DNA of 64,000 nt from assembly GCF_963921235.1 (NCBI RefSeq), contig NC_086097.1, positions 195,054,001 to 195,118,000 of the forward strand. The letters run 5' to 3'. Every line of letters begins with the position of its first letter. The stretch's first letter is position 1. Source of the DNA: Mobula hypostoma (taxonomy: Eukaryota). The notes under the pieces are model-generated. The model was not told the DNA's origin. It saw only the letters and a program-made list of their open reading frames with translations, and did no database searches. Below are positions 24,573 to 37,627 of the stretch, piece after piece. A program made the translations under genes and the position numbers.

Positions 24573-25267
24573 CTATATTGTTAATTCTTTATTTTTGCAA
24601 GGCCTAACACTACTTAGGGAATCCAAGAGCATAAAAACTTGAGTATTTCAAGATAAAAAAATCTCTTTTACCTTCTGAAGGGTATTTAAGGATAAGAAAT
24701 TAAATGGGGCCATGTCCAGAAATGCTCACAATGCAAAAATTAATAATAAAATACAGATTAAGTATTGAGAATTAATTTCAAGTTGAGTCTAATGATGAAA
24801 ATAATGAGTTTGTAAAGTATGGAATTTTGTTATGGTTTTCAACAGGGATTAGTTTGCCTAAAGTAAAAATAACAATTTCTAGTTGTTTCAAGACTAACTT
24901 TGATAAAAAAAATAACATAAATTATATCTCAGCAGATAAATGAATTATCTCTAATTTTTAGTGGTAATGCTTCTTTATTTTGAATTTTAGGATTTGCCAT
25001 GACTTGTGCTGAATAAAGATGCATACAAGTCTGTCTCTCACCTTCTCCCTCCCTCAATCCATTTAGTATATACACACCCACACACACACGCCCAAAAGAA
25101 CTCAATAAAACTGTTCAAATTTATAAACTAGTTAGTAAGGGGAGGCATCTTTCATTTTCCTGAGCCAATTTTCAAATGTTTTCCTGCTGGCCAAAATCAG
25201 ACAGTTTTCTCTTAACTAATCTCAGTGTTTCAATTAGAAACTGATCAGGGTCTATACCAGACGTTTA

Positions 25268-25950
25268 CAGAATCAGAATCAGGTTTGATATCATTGCCTT
25301 ATACGATGTGAAATTTGCTCTGTTGCAGCAGTATAATGAAAAGATACAAACATAAGTACCAAAACTATTAAATAGTGCCAGAAAAGAGTCAATGAGGCAG
25401 TGTTCATTGGTTCATGGACCATTCAAAAATCTGATGGTAGAGAAGATGCTGTTTATGAATCATGTTCTGAAGTGTGGGTTTTCAAGCTCGTGAAACCAGT
25501 AGTAGTACAAAAACAGAGTATGTTCTGAATGACGAGGGTCTTTAATGATAATGCCACCATCTTGAGGTGTCTGTGATGGAGCTGGCGGAGTCCATAACCC
25601 TGTGCAGCCTTTGTCGGTCCTGTGATTTGGAACCCCTATACCAGACTGCAACCAGTCAGAATTCTTTCCACTGTCCATCTGTAGAGATTTGCCAGAGTAT
25701 TTAGTGACATACCAAATCTCGAGAAGTGGAGCCACTGGTATGCCTTTTTCATGTTTGCATCAATGTATCCAACCCAGGCCAGATCTTCCAAGATATTGAC
25801 ACCCAGGAATTTAAAGATGTTCACCCTTTCTACTATTGTCTTGTCAATGAGAACTATTGTATGTTCCCCCGACCTCCCACTCCTAAAGTCCAGTTCCCTG
25901 GTCTTGCTCCTGTTGAGTGCAAGGTTGTTTGTGACAAGACTCAACTAGCT
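25268..25950 (-). mobile_element. Rex1/Babar LINE 3' fragment
   Basis: (ATTCTG)n tail; NNLALNRSKTRELDFR, FKFLGVNI, YRWTVERILTGC. Confidence 0.8.
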
Positions 25951-26094
25951 GATCTTTTTTTTGGTCCATGGAACATTCCAGTCTCAATTAAGACCATAGG
26001 TTGGGGACCCATGATAAAACCCTTCTATCTTTGTTCTGTCTACATATGTATATGCAGTATATTGAAGGGAGCTAAGAGAGAAAATTTAAAGTAA

Positions 26095-26657
26095 ATTTCT
26101 TGTCAAAGTACATATATGTCACCATACACAACACTGGGATTCATATACTTGCTGGCATGCTCAATAAATCCAATAACCATAGAATCAATAAAATATTGCA
26201 ATGACAGGGCAACAACCAGTGTGCAAAAGGCAGCAAATTGTGAAAATGTAAAAAGAAAGAAAAATATTAACAATAATAAATAAATAAGCATGAAATGAAG
26301 AGTCCTTGCTGGTGAGTCCATAGATTGTGAAGGGGCAAGTGAAGTTAAGTAGTTAGCTCTCTAGTTCAAGAGCCTGATGGTTCAGGGGTAATGACTGTTC
26401 CTGAACCTGGTGATGCGTGTCCTGAGGCCCCTGTGCCTCCTTCCTCATGGCAGCATGACCTTGGGTGGTGGGGGACCTTGATGATGGATGCTGCTTTCTT
26501 GTGATAGCACTCCGTGCAGATGTGCTCAGTGGTGGGGAGGGCTTTACTGTGTTGTACTGGGCCGCATCCACTACTTTTTGTAGGATTTTCTATTCAAGGA
26601 TATTGGTGCTTCCGTACCAGGCTGTGATGCTGTAGGTGTTTTTCAAAGCTTTGGATA
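26095..26657 (-). mobile_element. Rex1/Babar LINE, 3' part (continues at 35779-36275)
   Basis: Rex-type 3' region; the coding remnant stops just downstream of the YFLRR motif, whose upstream part resumes at 35779. Confidence 0.7.
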
Positions 26658-29600
26658 TAGACCATAAGACCATAAGACAAAGGAGCAGAAGTCTGCCATT
26701 CGGCCCATCGAGTGTGCTCCGCCATTTTATCATGAGCTGATCTATTCTCCCATTTAGTCCCACTCTCCTGCCTTCTCACCATAACCTTTGATGCCCTGGC
26801 TACTCAGATACCTATCAATCTCTGCCTTAAATACACCCAATGACTTAACCTCCACTGCCGCCCTTGGCAACAAGTTCCACAGACTCACCACTCTCTGGCT
26901 AAAAACATTCCTTCGCATCTCTGTTCTGAATGGGCACTCTTCAATCCTTAAGTCATGTCCTCTCGTACTAGACTCCCCCACCATGGGAAACAACTTTTCC
27001 ACATCCACTCTGTCCATGCCTTTCAACATTCAAAATGTTTCTATGGGTCCCCCTGCCTTCTTCTAAACTCCAAGGACTACAGTCCAAGAGTGGTCAAACG
27101 TTCCTCATATGTTAACCCTCTCATTCCCGGAATCATTCTAGTGAATCTTCTCTGTACCCTCTACAACGTCAGCACATCCTTTCTTAAATAAGGAGACCAA
27201 AACTGCCCACAGTATTCCAAGTGAGGTCTTACCAGTGCCTTATAGAGCCTCAACATCACATCCCTGCTCCTATACTCTATTCCTCTAGAAATGAATGCCA
27301 ACATTGCATTCGCCTTCTTCACCGACTCAACCTGGAGGTTAATCTTAAGGGTATCCTGCATGAGGACTGTCAAGTCCCGTTGCATCTCAGAACTTTGAAT
27401 TCTCTCCCAATTTAAATAATAGTCTGCCAGTTTATTTCTTCTACCAAAGTGCATAACCATACACTTTCCAACATTGTATTTCATTTGCTACTTCTCTGCC
27501 CATTCTCCCAACCTATCCAAGCCTCTCTGCAGACTCTCTGTTTCCTCAGCACTACTGGCCCCTCCACCTACCTTTGTATCATCAGCAAACTTAACCACAA
27601 AGCCATCTATTCCATAATCCAAATCATTGATGTACAACGTAAAAAGAAGCAGCCCCGATACGGACCCCTGTGGAACACCACTGGTAACCGGCAGCCAACC
27701 AGAATAGGATCCCTTTATTCCCACTTTCTGTTTCCTGCCAATCAGCCAATGCTCTATCCACGTATGTAACTTTCCCATAATTCCATGGGCTCTTATCTTG
27801 TTTAGCAGCCTCATGTGTGGCACCTTGTCAGAGGCCTTCTGAAAATCCAAATACTCAACATCCACTGCATCTCCCTTGTCTAGCATACTTGTAATTTCCT
27901 CAAATAATTGTAATAGATTTGTCAGGCAGGATTTTCCTTTAAGGAATCCATGCTGAGTTCTGCCTATCTTGTCATATGCCTCCAGGTACTCCGTAACCTC
28001 ATCCTTCACAATCGACTCCAACAACTTCCCAACTACCAATGTCAAGCTCACAGGTCTATAATTTCCTTTTTGTTTCCTTGCCCCCTTCATAAATAGCGGA
28101 GTGACATTTGGAATCTTCCAGTCCTCTGGAACCATGCCGGAATCTATCGACTTTTGAAAGATCATCGCTAATGCCTCCGCAATCTCCACAGCTACTTCCT
28201 TCAGAACACGCGGGTGCATTCCACCCGGTCCGGGAGAATTATCTACCTTTAGGCTATTCAGCTTCCTGAGTACTTTCTCTGTTGTAATTGTGACTGTGCA
28301 CATTTCTCTTCCCTGCCACCCTTGAGTGTCCGGTATACTGCTGATGTCTTCCTCAATGAAGACTGATGCAAATTACTTGTTCAGCTACTCTGCCATTTCC
28401 TTATCTCCCATTACAATTTCTCCAGCATCATTTTCTATTGGTCCTATATCTACTCTCACCTGTCTTTTACTCTTCATATACTTGAAAAAGCTTTTAGTAT
28501 CCTCTTTGATATTCCTTTCATAGTTAATCTTTTCCCTCTTAATGACCTGCTTGGTTTCCTTTTGTAAAGTTTTAAAAACTTCCCTATCCTCTGTCTTCCC
28601 ACTAATTTTTGCTTCCTTATATGCCCTCTCCTTTGCTTTAACTTTGGCTTTGACCTCTCTTGTCAACCATGGTTGCATCCTTTTTCCATTTGAAAATTTC
28701 TTCTTTTTTGGAATATACCTGTCTTGCACCTTCTTCACTTCTCGCATAAACTCCAGCCACTGCTGCTCTGCCATCTTTCTCGCCAGTGTCCCTTTCCAGT
28801 CAACCTTGGCCAGTTCCTCTCTCATGCCGCTGTAATTTCCTTTACTCCACTGAAATACCGAAACATCAGATTTCGGCTTCTCTTTTTCAAATTTCACAGT
28901 GAACTCAATCATGTTATGATCACTGTCTCTTAAGGGTTCCTTCACCTCAATCTCTCTAATCACCTCCGGTTCATTACACAATACCCAAACCAGTACAGCC
29001 GATCCCCTAGTGGGCTCAACAATTTAGCTGTTCTAAAAAGCCACCTCACAGACATTCTACAAATTCTCTCTCTTGAGATCCAGTGTCCCAATCCCACTCG
29101 CATGTTAAAATACCTCACAATTATCATAACACTGCCCTTCTGACAAGCCTTTTCTATTTCCTGTTGTAATTTGTAGTCCACATCCCTGCAGCTGTTTGGA
29201 GGCCTATAAATAACTGCCATCAGGGTCCTTTTGCCGCTGCAATTTCTTAGCTCAACCTATAACGATTCTGCACCTTCCGATCCTATATCTCCTCTTTCTA
29301 ATGATTTAATGTCATATCTTACCAATAAAACCACGCCTCCCCCTCTGCCTACCTTCCTATCCTTCCGATACACCCTGTATCCTTGGACGTTCAGCTCCCA
29401 GAGACATGCATCCTTTAGCCACGTCTCAATATCATATCAATATCACGCCACATTATCATACCTGCCAATCTGTAGCTGTACGACAATATCATCCACCTTA
29501 TTCCTTATGCTGCGTGCATTTAAGTATAACACCTTAAGACCAGTATTTGGTACTTTTGGCTTTGATTTCACTGCAACCTTATTGCACTGCAACTCATCCC

Positions 29601-31413
29601 AATGGCTACAAATTTGCCCCATCACCTGCCTGTCCATCCTGACATCTTTACTGCTCACTATCTTAGATTTATTTCTGTTTTCCCCTTCCTCCACTCTGTC
29701 ATTCCAGTTCCCATCCCCCTGCCAAATTAGTTTGAACCCTCCCTAACAGCTGTACTAAACTTTCCCACCAGGATATTGGTCCCCTTCGGGTTCAGGTGTA
29801 ACCTGTCCTTTTTGAAAAGGTCATACTTCCTCCAGAAGAGATCCCAATTATCCAAGAATCTGAAGCCCTGCCCCCTGCACCAGTCTCTCAGCCACGCATT
29901 CATCTGCCTGATCCTCCTATTCTTGCCCTTGCTAGCACGTGGCACAGGTAGCAATCCTGAGATTACTACCCTGGAGGTCCTGTTTCTCAACTTCCTTCCT
30001 AACTCCTGGAAATCTCTCTTCAGGACCTCCTCCTTAGTCCTATCTATGTCATTGGTACCAACATGTACCGAGACAACTGGCTGCTCACCCTCCCCCTTCA
30101 GAATATTCAGGACTCGATCCGAGACATCCCGTACCCTGGCACCTGGGAGGCAACACACCATGCGGGTATCTTTATCAGGCTCACAGAATCTCCTGTCCGT
30201 TCCCCTGACTATGGAATCCCCTATGACTATCGCATTTCTCTTCTCCCTCCTTCTCTCCTGCACCAGGCTCAGTGCCAGAGACCCAGTCACCGTGGGCATC
30301 CCCTGTCAGGTCATCCCCCTCAACAGCATCCAGAACAAGATATTTGTTGCTGAGGAGGACAGCCACAGGTGTGCTGTCCACTATCTGGGCATTTTCCTTC
30401 CCTCTCCTGATAGTCACCCAGTTTTCTGACCCCTGTAGCCTAGGGATGACTACCTCCCTGTAGCTCATGTCTATCACCTCTTCACTTTCCCTGATAAGCA
30501 GTAGGTCATCAAGCTGCAGCTCCAAATCCCTAACATGGTCTCTGAGGAGCTGCATCTCGGTGCACCTGGCGCAGATGTGACCATCAGGGAGGCTGGAGGT
30601 CTCCCAGAATTCCCACATCTGACACCCTGAACAAAGCACTAACCCTGCAGGCATGCTATTTAATTCTACAGGAATGAAACAGGAAAAATAAGTGTACTCA
30701 CCCACTTACCTCGCCAAACAGACAAACTTTTTAAACCGTTAGCTCGTACCGTTAGCCGTGAGAGCCCTGCTGTTCTTGTCTGTCCGGGCCGATTCGCAAA
30801 AGGGGGCGGGGGGGGAGAAAAAAAGAGTTGGTGCTTCACTCTCGCCTCTTCCCGTTTAACGCTGAAGCCCGTTGAAGCCAAAGCCCTACACTCTGTTCCC
30901 ACCCACTCCATTGCCCGCTCCGACAGCTGCCCGCTGTATAAGGTGGTCTCCTTTTTAAATTCTCCACACTGTCCTGTTGATGTCACGCGCCTGCACAGTC
31001 TCGTCCTTCTTGCACTCGAAGGAGTTTTTTAAAAAACTGCCTTCCTTCAGAATTCAGCTCCCATGACGCTCTGTAGTCCCGATCCAAAAGACAGCAGTTG
31101 GTAGCAACCTGCCTTTTAACACTCTCCGCGCTGTCCTGTTGACGTCACGCGCCTGCGCAGTCTCGTCCTTCTTGCACTCGAAGGAGTTTTTAAAAAAACT
31201 GCCTTCCTTCAGAATTCAGCTCCCATGACGCTCTGTAGTCCCGATCCAAAAGACAGCCGTTGGTAGCAACCTGCCTTTTTAAACTCTCCGCGCCATCCTG
31301 TTGACATCACGCGCCTGCGCAGTCTCGTCCTTCTTGCACTTGAAGTTTTTTTAAAAAACTGCCTTCCTTCAGAATTCAGCTCCCATGACGCTCTGTAGTC
31401 CCGATCCAAAAGA
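26658..31413 (-). mobile_element. Near full-length CR1 LINE (CR1-A): monomer 5'UTR, ORF1 (Zn finger + SGNH esterase), ORF2 (APE + RT), frameshifted
   Basis: (CTTATGGT)n tail; ORF2 YLNARSIRNK, IYRPPN, SDHNMI, NYRPVSL, GVPQGS, KFADD; ORF1 (ATG 30654) CSGC..HIC..C, IVIGDSIVRG, HVGTNDI, DRLHLN. Confidence 0.95.
30950..31413 (-). repeat. ~162-bp tandem monomers in CR1-A 5'UTR (~2.8 copies)
   Basis: Unit marker (G/A)TCCTGTTGA at 30971, 31133 and 31295. Confidence 0.9.
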
Positions 31414-34400
31414 TTTGAGATTACCTCAAAAAATTCCAATAGGTTGGTGAGGCAGGATCTTCCCTTTTTGAAACCATGCTGGCTTGGGCCTATCTTGTCA
31501 TGCACCTCGATGTATTTCATAACCTCGTCCTTGAGGTTCGACTCCAATAACTTTGCAACTACCGATGTCAGACTAATAGGTCTGTAATTTTCTTTTTGCT
31601 GCCTCCCTCCTTTCTTAACCAGCGATCCTGGGAGATCATTTCCAATGCCTCCATAATCTCCAAAGCCACCTCCTTCAGAACCCGTGGGTGCTCCTCATCC
31701 GGTCCGGGAGACTTAACTATTCTTTGACCATTTAGCTTCCCAAGCACTTTTGCTCTAGTAATCTTGACTGTACCTAATTCTATTCCCTGAGACCTCTGGC
31801 TATCAGGTATGTTGCTAATGTCTTCCACTGTGAAGACTGATGCAAAATACTCATTTAGTTCCTCCGCCATCTCTTTGTTACCCATTATAATTTCTCCAGC
31901 ATTATTTTCAATCGGTCCTATATCTACCTGTGTCACTCTTCTGTTCTTCATATATTTAAAAAAACTCTTAGTATCCTTTCTTATGTTAATTGCCAACTTT
32001 CTTTCATGATTCATCTTTTCTTTCCTAATGACTTCCTTAGTTTCCTTCTGTAAGTTTTTAAAAGTCATCCAGTCCTCAGTTTTCCCACTAATTTTTGCTT
32101 CCTTGTACGCTATCTCTTCTCTTTTGCTTTTATTTTAGCCTTAACCTCTCTCGTTAGCCACATTTGTGCCATTTTTCCATTCATGATTTTCTCTTTTCTT
32201 GGAATATATTTTTCCTGTACTTTCCTTACTTGTTGTAGGAACTTCATCCAAATCTGCTCTACCGTCCCCTCCATCCAGCTTACTTTTCTAATCTACTTGG
32301 GCCAGTTCCTCTCTTATACTACTGTAATTTCCTTTGTTCCATTGAAATATCAATACACCTAATACCAGCTTCTCCTTTTCAAATTTGAAACTGAGCTCAA
32401 TCATATTATGATCACTACTTCCAAGGGGTTCCATTACCTCCAGCTCCTTAATTGCCTCAGGTTCATTACACAGCACCCAATCCAAAACAGCCGATCCCCT
32501 GGTGGGCTTATGGACAAGCTGCTCCTAAAAGCCATTGTGTAGGCATTCTATAAACTCCCTCTCCTGAGATCCAGTACTTTCCTGACTTTGCCAATCCACT
32601 TTCATATTAAATTCCCCCTTCTGACACGCTTTTTCTATTTCCAGCTGTAACTTGTAGTCCACATCCCAGCTTCTGTTTGGAGGCCTGTATATAACTGCTA
32701 TTAATGTCTTTTTACCCTTGCCATTTCTTAACTCGACCCATAAGGATTCTACCTCTTCTGATCCCATGTCCCTTCTTTCTAGTTGCTTACCATCAGGGCA
32801 ACGCCACCCCCTTAACCTACCTTCCTACCTTTCCTATACACTGTGTATCCTTGGACGTTCAGCTCCCAATCACATCCATCATTTAGCCATGACTCAGTGA
32901 TGGCCACAATGTGTAGCTGTACAACAAGGTCATCTACTTTATTTCCAATGCTGCATGCATTTAAGTACGGTACATTTAGATCAGTTCCTGTTACCGATTT
33001 TGCTATATTTCTATCGCACAGCAAATTATCCTGTCTTTTCACCTGCCTGTCCTTCTTGCCATCTTTGCTGCACAGTATCTTTGACTCATTTCTATTTTCC
33101 TTTTCCTCGACCCTAACACCCTGGTTTCCTTTCCCCTGCCAACTTAGTTTAAACCCTCCCTGACAGCTATATTAAACAATCCCACCAGGATATTAGTACT
33201 CTTTGAGTTCAGGTGTAACCCATCATTTTTGTATAAGTCATACCTCCCCCAAAATAGATCCTAATGATCCAAGAAGTTGAAGCCCTGCCCCCTGCACCAG
33301 TTACTTAGCCACACATTCATCTGCTTAATTCTGGAATCCTTACCTTCATTAGCACATGGCTCAGGCAGTAATCCTGAGATTATTACTCTGGAGGTCCGGC
33401 TTTTCAATTTTCTTCCTAGCTCCCAGTAATCTTCTTTCAGGACCTCCTCTCTTTTTCTGTCTATGTCACTGGTACCAACATGTACCAAGACTTCCGGCTG
33501 CTCGCCCTCTCTCCTCAGAATACTCTGGACCTGATCTGAGACATCCCGTACCCTGGCACCAGGGAGGCAACACACCATCCAGGTATCCTTGTCTGGCTTG
33601 CAGAATCTCTTGTCTGCTCCCCTCACTATGGAATCCCTTATAACTACTGCATTTTTCCTTGTTCTCTTGATCATGGCACTGGCAGAGTGCCAGAGTCCCA
33701 TTCGCTGTGGTCTTCCTCTGTCAGGTCAATCTCTCCAACAGTATCTAAAACGATATATCGATTTCTGAGGGGGACTGTTACAGAGGTGCTGTCCACTATC
33801 TCTCTATAGGTATTATCAATCACCTACTCACTTTCCCTGATTAGCTGAAGGTCATCAAGTTGCAGCTCCAGATCCCTAACACAGTCCTTAAGGAACCTCA
33901 TCTCAATGCACCTGGTGCAGATGTCAGAATCAGAAACCTTTATTATCGCCAAGTATGTGGACACATACAGGGAATTTGATGCCGGTTTCCCTGAGCTCTC
34001 ACTGTACAGAATCAAAAAGCAAACAAAACAATAGTGCAAATCATGGTGAACTATATACAATGAGGTATACCTGTGTATGTACAAGTGGACTTGGTTTATA
34101 AAATACTAAAATTCAAGTATTCATAAGACTGATGGCATACAGAAATAAACTGTTCTTGTACCTATTTGTCCTGGCATACAGTGATCTAAAGCGCCTACCA
34201 GAAGGAAGGAGTTGGAACAGGTGATGTCCGGGGTGTGATGGGTCTACAATGATGCTGCTTGCTCACCTTCCTGACTCTAGATGCATATAAGTCCTGGATC
34301 GAGTGCAGCTTCACACCAGTAATCCTTTCCGCAGCCCTGACGGTTCTTTGGAGTCTATTCTTATCTTGTTTGGTAGCTGATCCAAACCAGACAGTGATGG

Positions 34401-35778
34401 ACGAACAGAGAACAAACTGGATTATTCCTGAATAGAATTGAATCAGCAGCTCCTGAGGCAGGTTGTACTTCCTGAGTTGACGTAGGAAATACAACCTCTG
34501 CTGAGCCTTTTTGAAAAGAGTGTCCGTGTTGGGTGTCCACTTCAGGTCCTTGGAGATTGTGACACCCAGAAACCTGAAGGTCTCCACAGCAGACACAATA
34601 CTGTTGAGTATAGTGAGTGGGGGGAGTATTGGGAGGTTCCTCCTGAAGTCCACTGTCATTTCCACAGCCTTGAGCGTATTTAGCTCCAGATTGTTCTGAC
34701 CACACCAGAGGGCCAGTTGTTCCACCACCCGTCTGTATGCAGACTCATCACCGTCTCGGATAAGGCCAATGACAGATGTGTTGTCTGCAAACTACAGGAG
34801 ATTAACAATGGATCCTGTGAGGTGCGGTTATTAGTGTAAAGGGAGAAGAGCAGTGCGGAGAGCACACATCCCTGGCGGGTACCAGTACTGATTGTTTGGG
34901 TGCTAGAAATGATGCTCCCCAGCCTCACTTGCTGCACCCTGTCAGTTAGGAAGCTTGTGATCCACTGACAGATGGCGGGGGAGAGAGTGAGCTGGATGAG
35001 TTTGGAGTGGAGGATTTCTGGGACGTTGGTGTTGAATGCCGAGCTGAAGTCAACAAACAGGACCCTCGCAGAAGTTCCTGGAGTGTCGAGATGTTGTAGT
35101 ATGTAATGCAGTCCCATGTTGGCGGCATCATCCACTGACCTATTTGCCCGATAAGCAAACTGCAGGGGGTCCAGCAGGGGCCCTGTGATGTCCTTGGGGA
35201 GGCTGAGAGTCTCCTAGGGTCCCCACATCTGGCACTCCGAGCACAACACTAATCCTAGATGCATACCTCTAATGCTACAGTTATTACTAAATAAATAAAC
35301 CTGTAGCTTACCCCTTTACTATGAGACTGAACGGTCGCAGGAAGCCTAAACCCCTTCAGCCAAAGCCTTATCAATCTACACCCTCTCACTCCGCTGCCCG
35401 ATGGATATGGCGGTGTTCTTTTTAAGCCTTCCGTGCTCTGAGGTCATGCGCTTGCACAGACCTGGCCTTACCTCACTGGGAGCAAACTGGTCCTCAGCCT
35501 CTGCTCGCCGAGGCCTCTCGAGCCAAAGTGTCCCTACTCTGTCTCCCACTACTCCGTCACCCACTACTACGTCGCCCACTCCATTAATCTGCTCGCTTTT
35601 TAAACTCTCCTGTTGTCTCACAGGCTGACTTGCACACACTTACACAGTCATGCCCCATTCAAACTGCCAAAGAAATGAACGCCCCTTCTCAATCTGCTCG
35701 CTTTTTAAACTCTCCCGCTGTCTCACAGGCTGACTTTCACATGCTTGCGCAGTTGTGCCCCGTTCAAACTGCCGAAGA
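31414..35778 (-). mobile_element. Second CR1 (CR1-B): 5'UTR, ORF1, APE and start of RT; 3' part absent; interrupted by a Rex1 insertion
   Basis: Esterase ORF1 at 33261-33701; APE motifs YLNACSIGNK, IYRPPN, SDHNMI; RT ends at CLTNLLEFFEVIS where CR1-A monomers begin; ORF1 N-terminus resumes at 35193; ~105-bp UTR duplication at 35586/35691. Confidence 0.88.
33926..35186 (-). mobile_element. 5'-truncated Rex1/Babar LINE inserted in CR1-B ORF1
   Basis: LDPLQFAYR..VDDA, LFVDFSSAFNT, QGCVLS, KKAQQRLYFLRQL; TCTGA tail; 6-bp direct repeat GATGTC (33920-33925, 35187-35192). Confidence 0.9.
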
Positions 35779-36275
35779 AAACTTCTAAGGAAGTAGAAGT
35801 GCTGCTGAGCTTTCTTCATAATTGTGCTTCCGTGCTGGTCCCAGGAGAGGTCCTCTGAAATAATAACAACGAGGAATTTAAAGTTGTTGACCCTCTCCAC
35901 CTCTAATCCAACTGATGAGAACTGGCTCATGGACCTCCGCTTTTCTCCTCCTGAAGTTAATAATCAATCCCTTGGTCTTGCTGGCAATGAGTAAGAGTTT
36001 ATTGTTTTGGCACCAAATTTTCAGTCTCCTGTAGGCAGATTCATCACCACCTTTGATTCGGCCTACGATAGTGGTGTCTTTATCAAACGTAAATATGTCA
36101 TAAGTGTAAAACGAGAAGAACAGGGGGCTGAGCATTCATCCTTGTGGCACACCTGTGCTGATGGAGATTGTGGAGGAGATGCTGTTGCCAATTCAAACTG
36201 ACGAGGGGACGGTAAGTGAAGAAATCGAGGATCGAATTACACAAGAAGGTATTGAGGCCAAGGTCTTGAAGCTAT
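35779..36275 (-). mobile_element. Rex1/Babar RT fragment (upstream part of the element at 26095-26657)
   Basis: LSPLFFSFYTYD, DESAYRR, VERVNNFKFL..ISEDLSW..KKAQQHFYFLR. Confidence 0.8.
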
Positions 36276-37627
36276 TTGAACAGTTGTGCAGGTATGATCC
36301 TATTGAATCCTCCATCCTCCATCTGATGAATGACACTATGGAAAGGTGTGCCACTTGGTTTTCTTACTGTCACTACCAAGCACCACGGTATTCAAGATAT
36401 TGGATGTCCTTCACATGAGTTGCTTGTTCTAATCTAGAATTTGAATACAAGTTATTTTGTCCATCTAAAAACTTCCTGCAGTTAGACGAGCTGTGACAAG
36501 CTCGATGTACCATTCATAAACTCTTGAAGCCTAGTGATGACAAAGAACTGAAAGACTGTACTCAGAGCTTCAACACAAAGCTTAGTGTAACGAAATTGAG
36601 TCATCCTGCATACACATACATATAGATATGACAGTGACCATCAATAACAATTTGGCCATGGTCTGAGAATCTCCAAGAGATCTGCACATAATATGAGAAA
36701 TAAAACGCCTTGTATTGCCAAAAAAAGCTATGAGTAATCTCAAGACTTTGACACATTGGCAGTGATGGCTTTGTTATGCCTTGAAATAATTCTATTCGTT
36801 ATCTCCAAACTGCAGTCTTTCAATCTAAATTTTGTGCTGACATTACAGTGGTCTCTTTTGTTAATACCTTGATGCCACTCTGAAGGTTAAATCAATAAAA
36901 TGACTGGATCTTCGTTTTAGTTGGCTGACTATATTCTCTTGAGTTGTAATACAAATTGGCTGTAATTTGACATGCAAGATAATTAGACAATGTGCAACAA
37001 GGATTTATTAGAAGCCAAAGTCTATTTTCTAAATACCTGAATATGATGCACAAAAAAGGGCTCATGGTGATTTTCAATGACAGTAAGAGTGAACAGTACC
37101 TCAAAGACTTAAACTGCTCATTGAATTTACAAGCAGGTTGTCTTGGTAATAAAACTGGCAGTAAAAGAAATGTGACAACTGAACCAGCTGATCTTTGCAT
37201 CATACAACAATTATCAACTTCCTCTGTAAATTAACAAAATTGCAGCACTAAAATAGTTGTGAAGGCATTAAGGATTTTTTAAAATCTAATTCTGCTAAAT
37301 GACGTAAGATTGCATCCACAACAAGAAAATTTAGAAAAAATAAGTTTCAAGTTTTTGAACTTCCAGTGAATGTTTTCAAAATGTCCCTGAGGCACCATGT
37401 TCCCTTCTAATAGTTTATGTTATGAAAAGAGCTTTTTGATTTGGGTGTGATATAGTAAGAGAAGCAAGTGCCAAGAATCTACAGCATCTGCTTTTCAAAG
37501 AATTCACTTTTTCCCACAATTGTTAAAGCAATGTTCATGCAGCATAGATATTGCTATGCAGAGCTATTAAATCACATTCCTTTTTGACACTAACACCATC
37601 ATACGAGGTGGTGGCTCTCAAAGCAGA

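Noticed and set aside
30950..31413. CRISPR-like repeat array
   Set aside because: Contiguous tandem units without unique spacers, in a eukaryotic LINE UTR.
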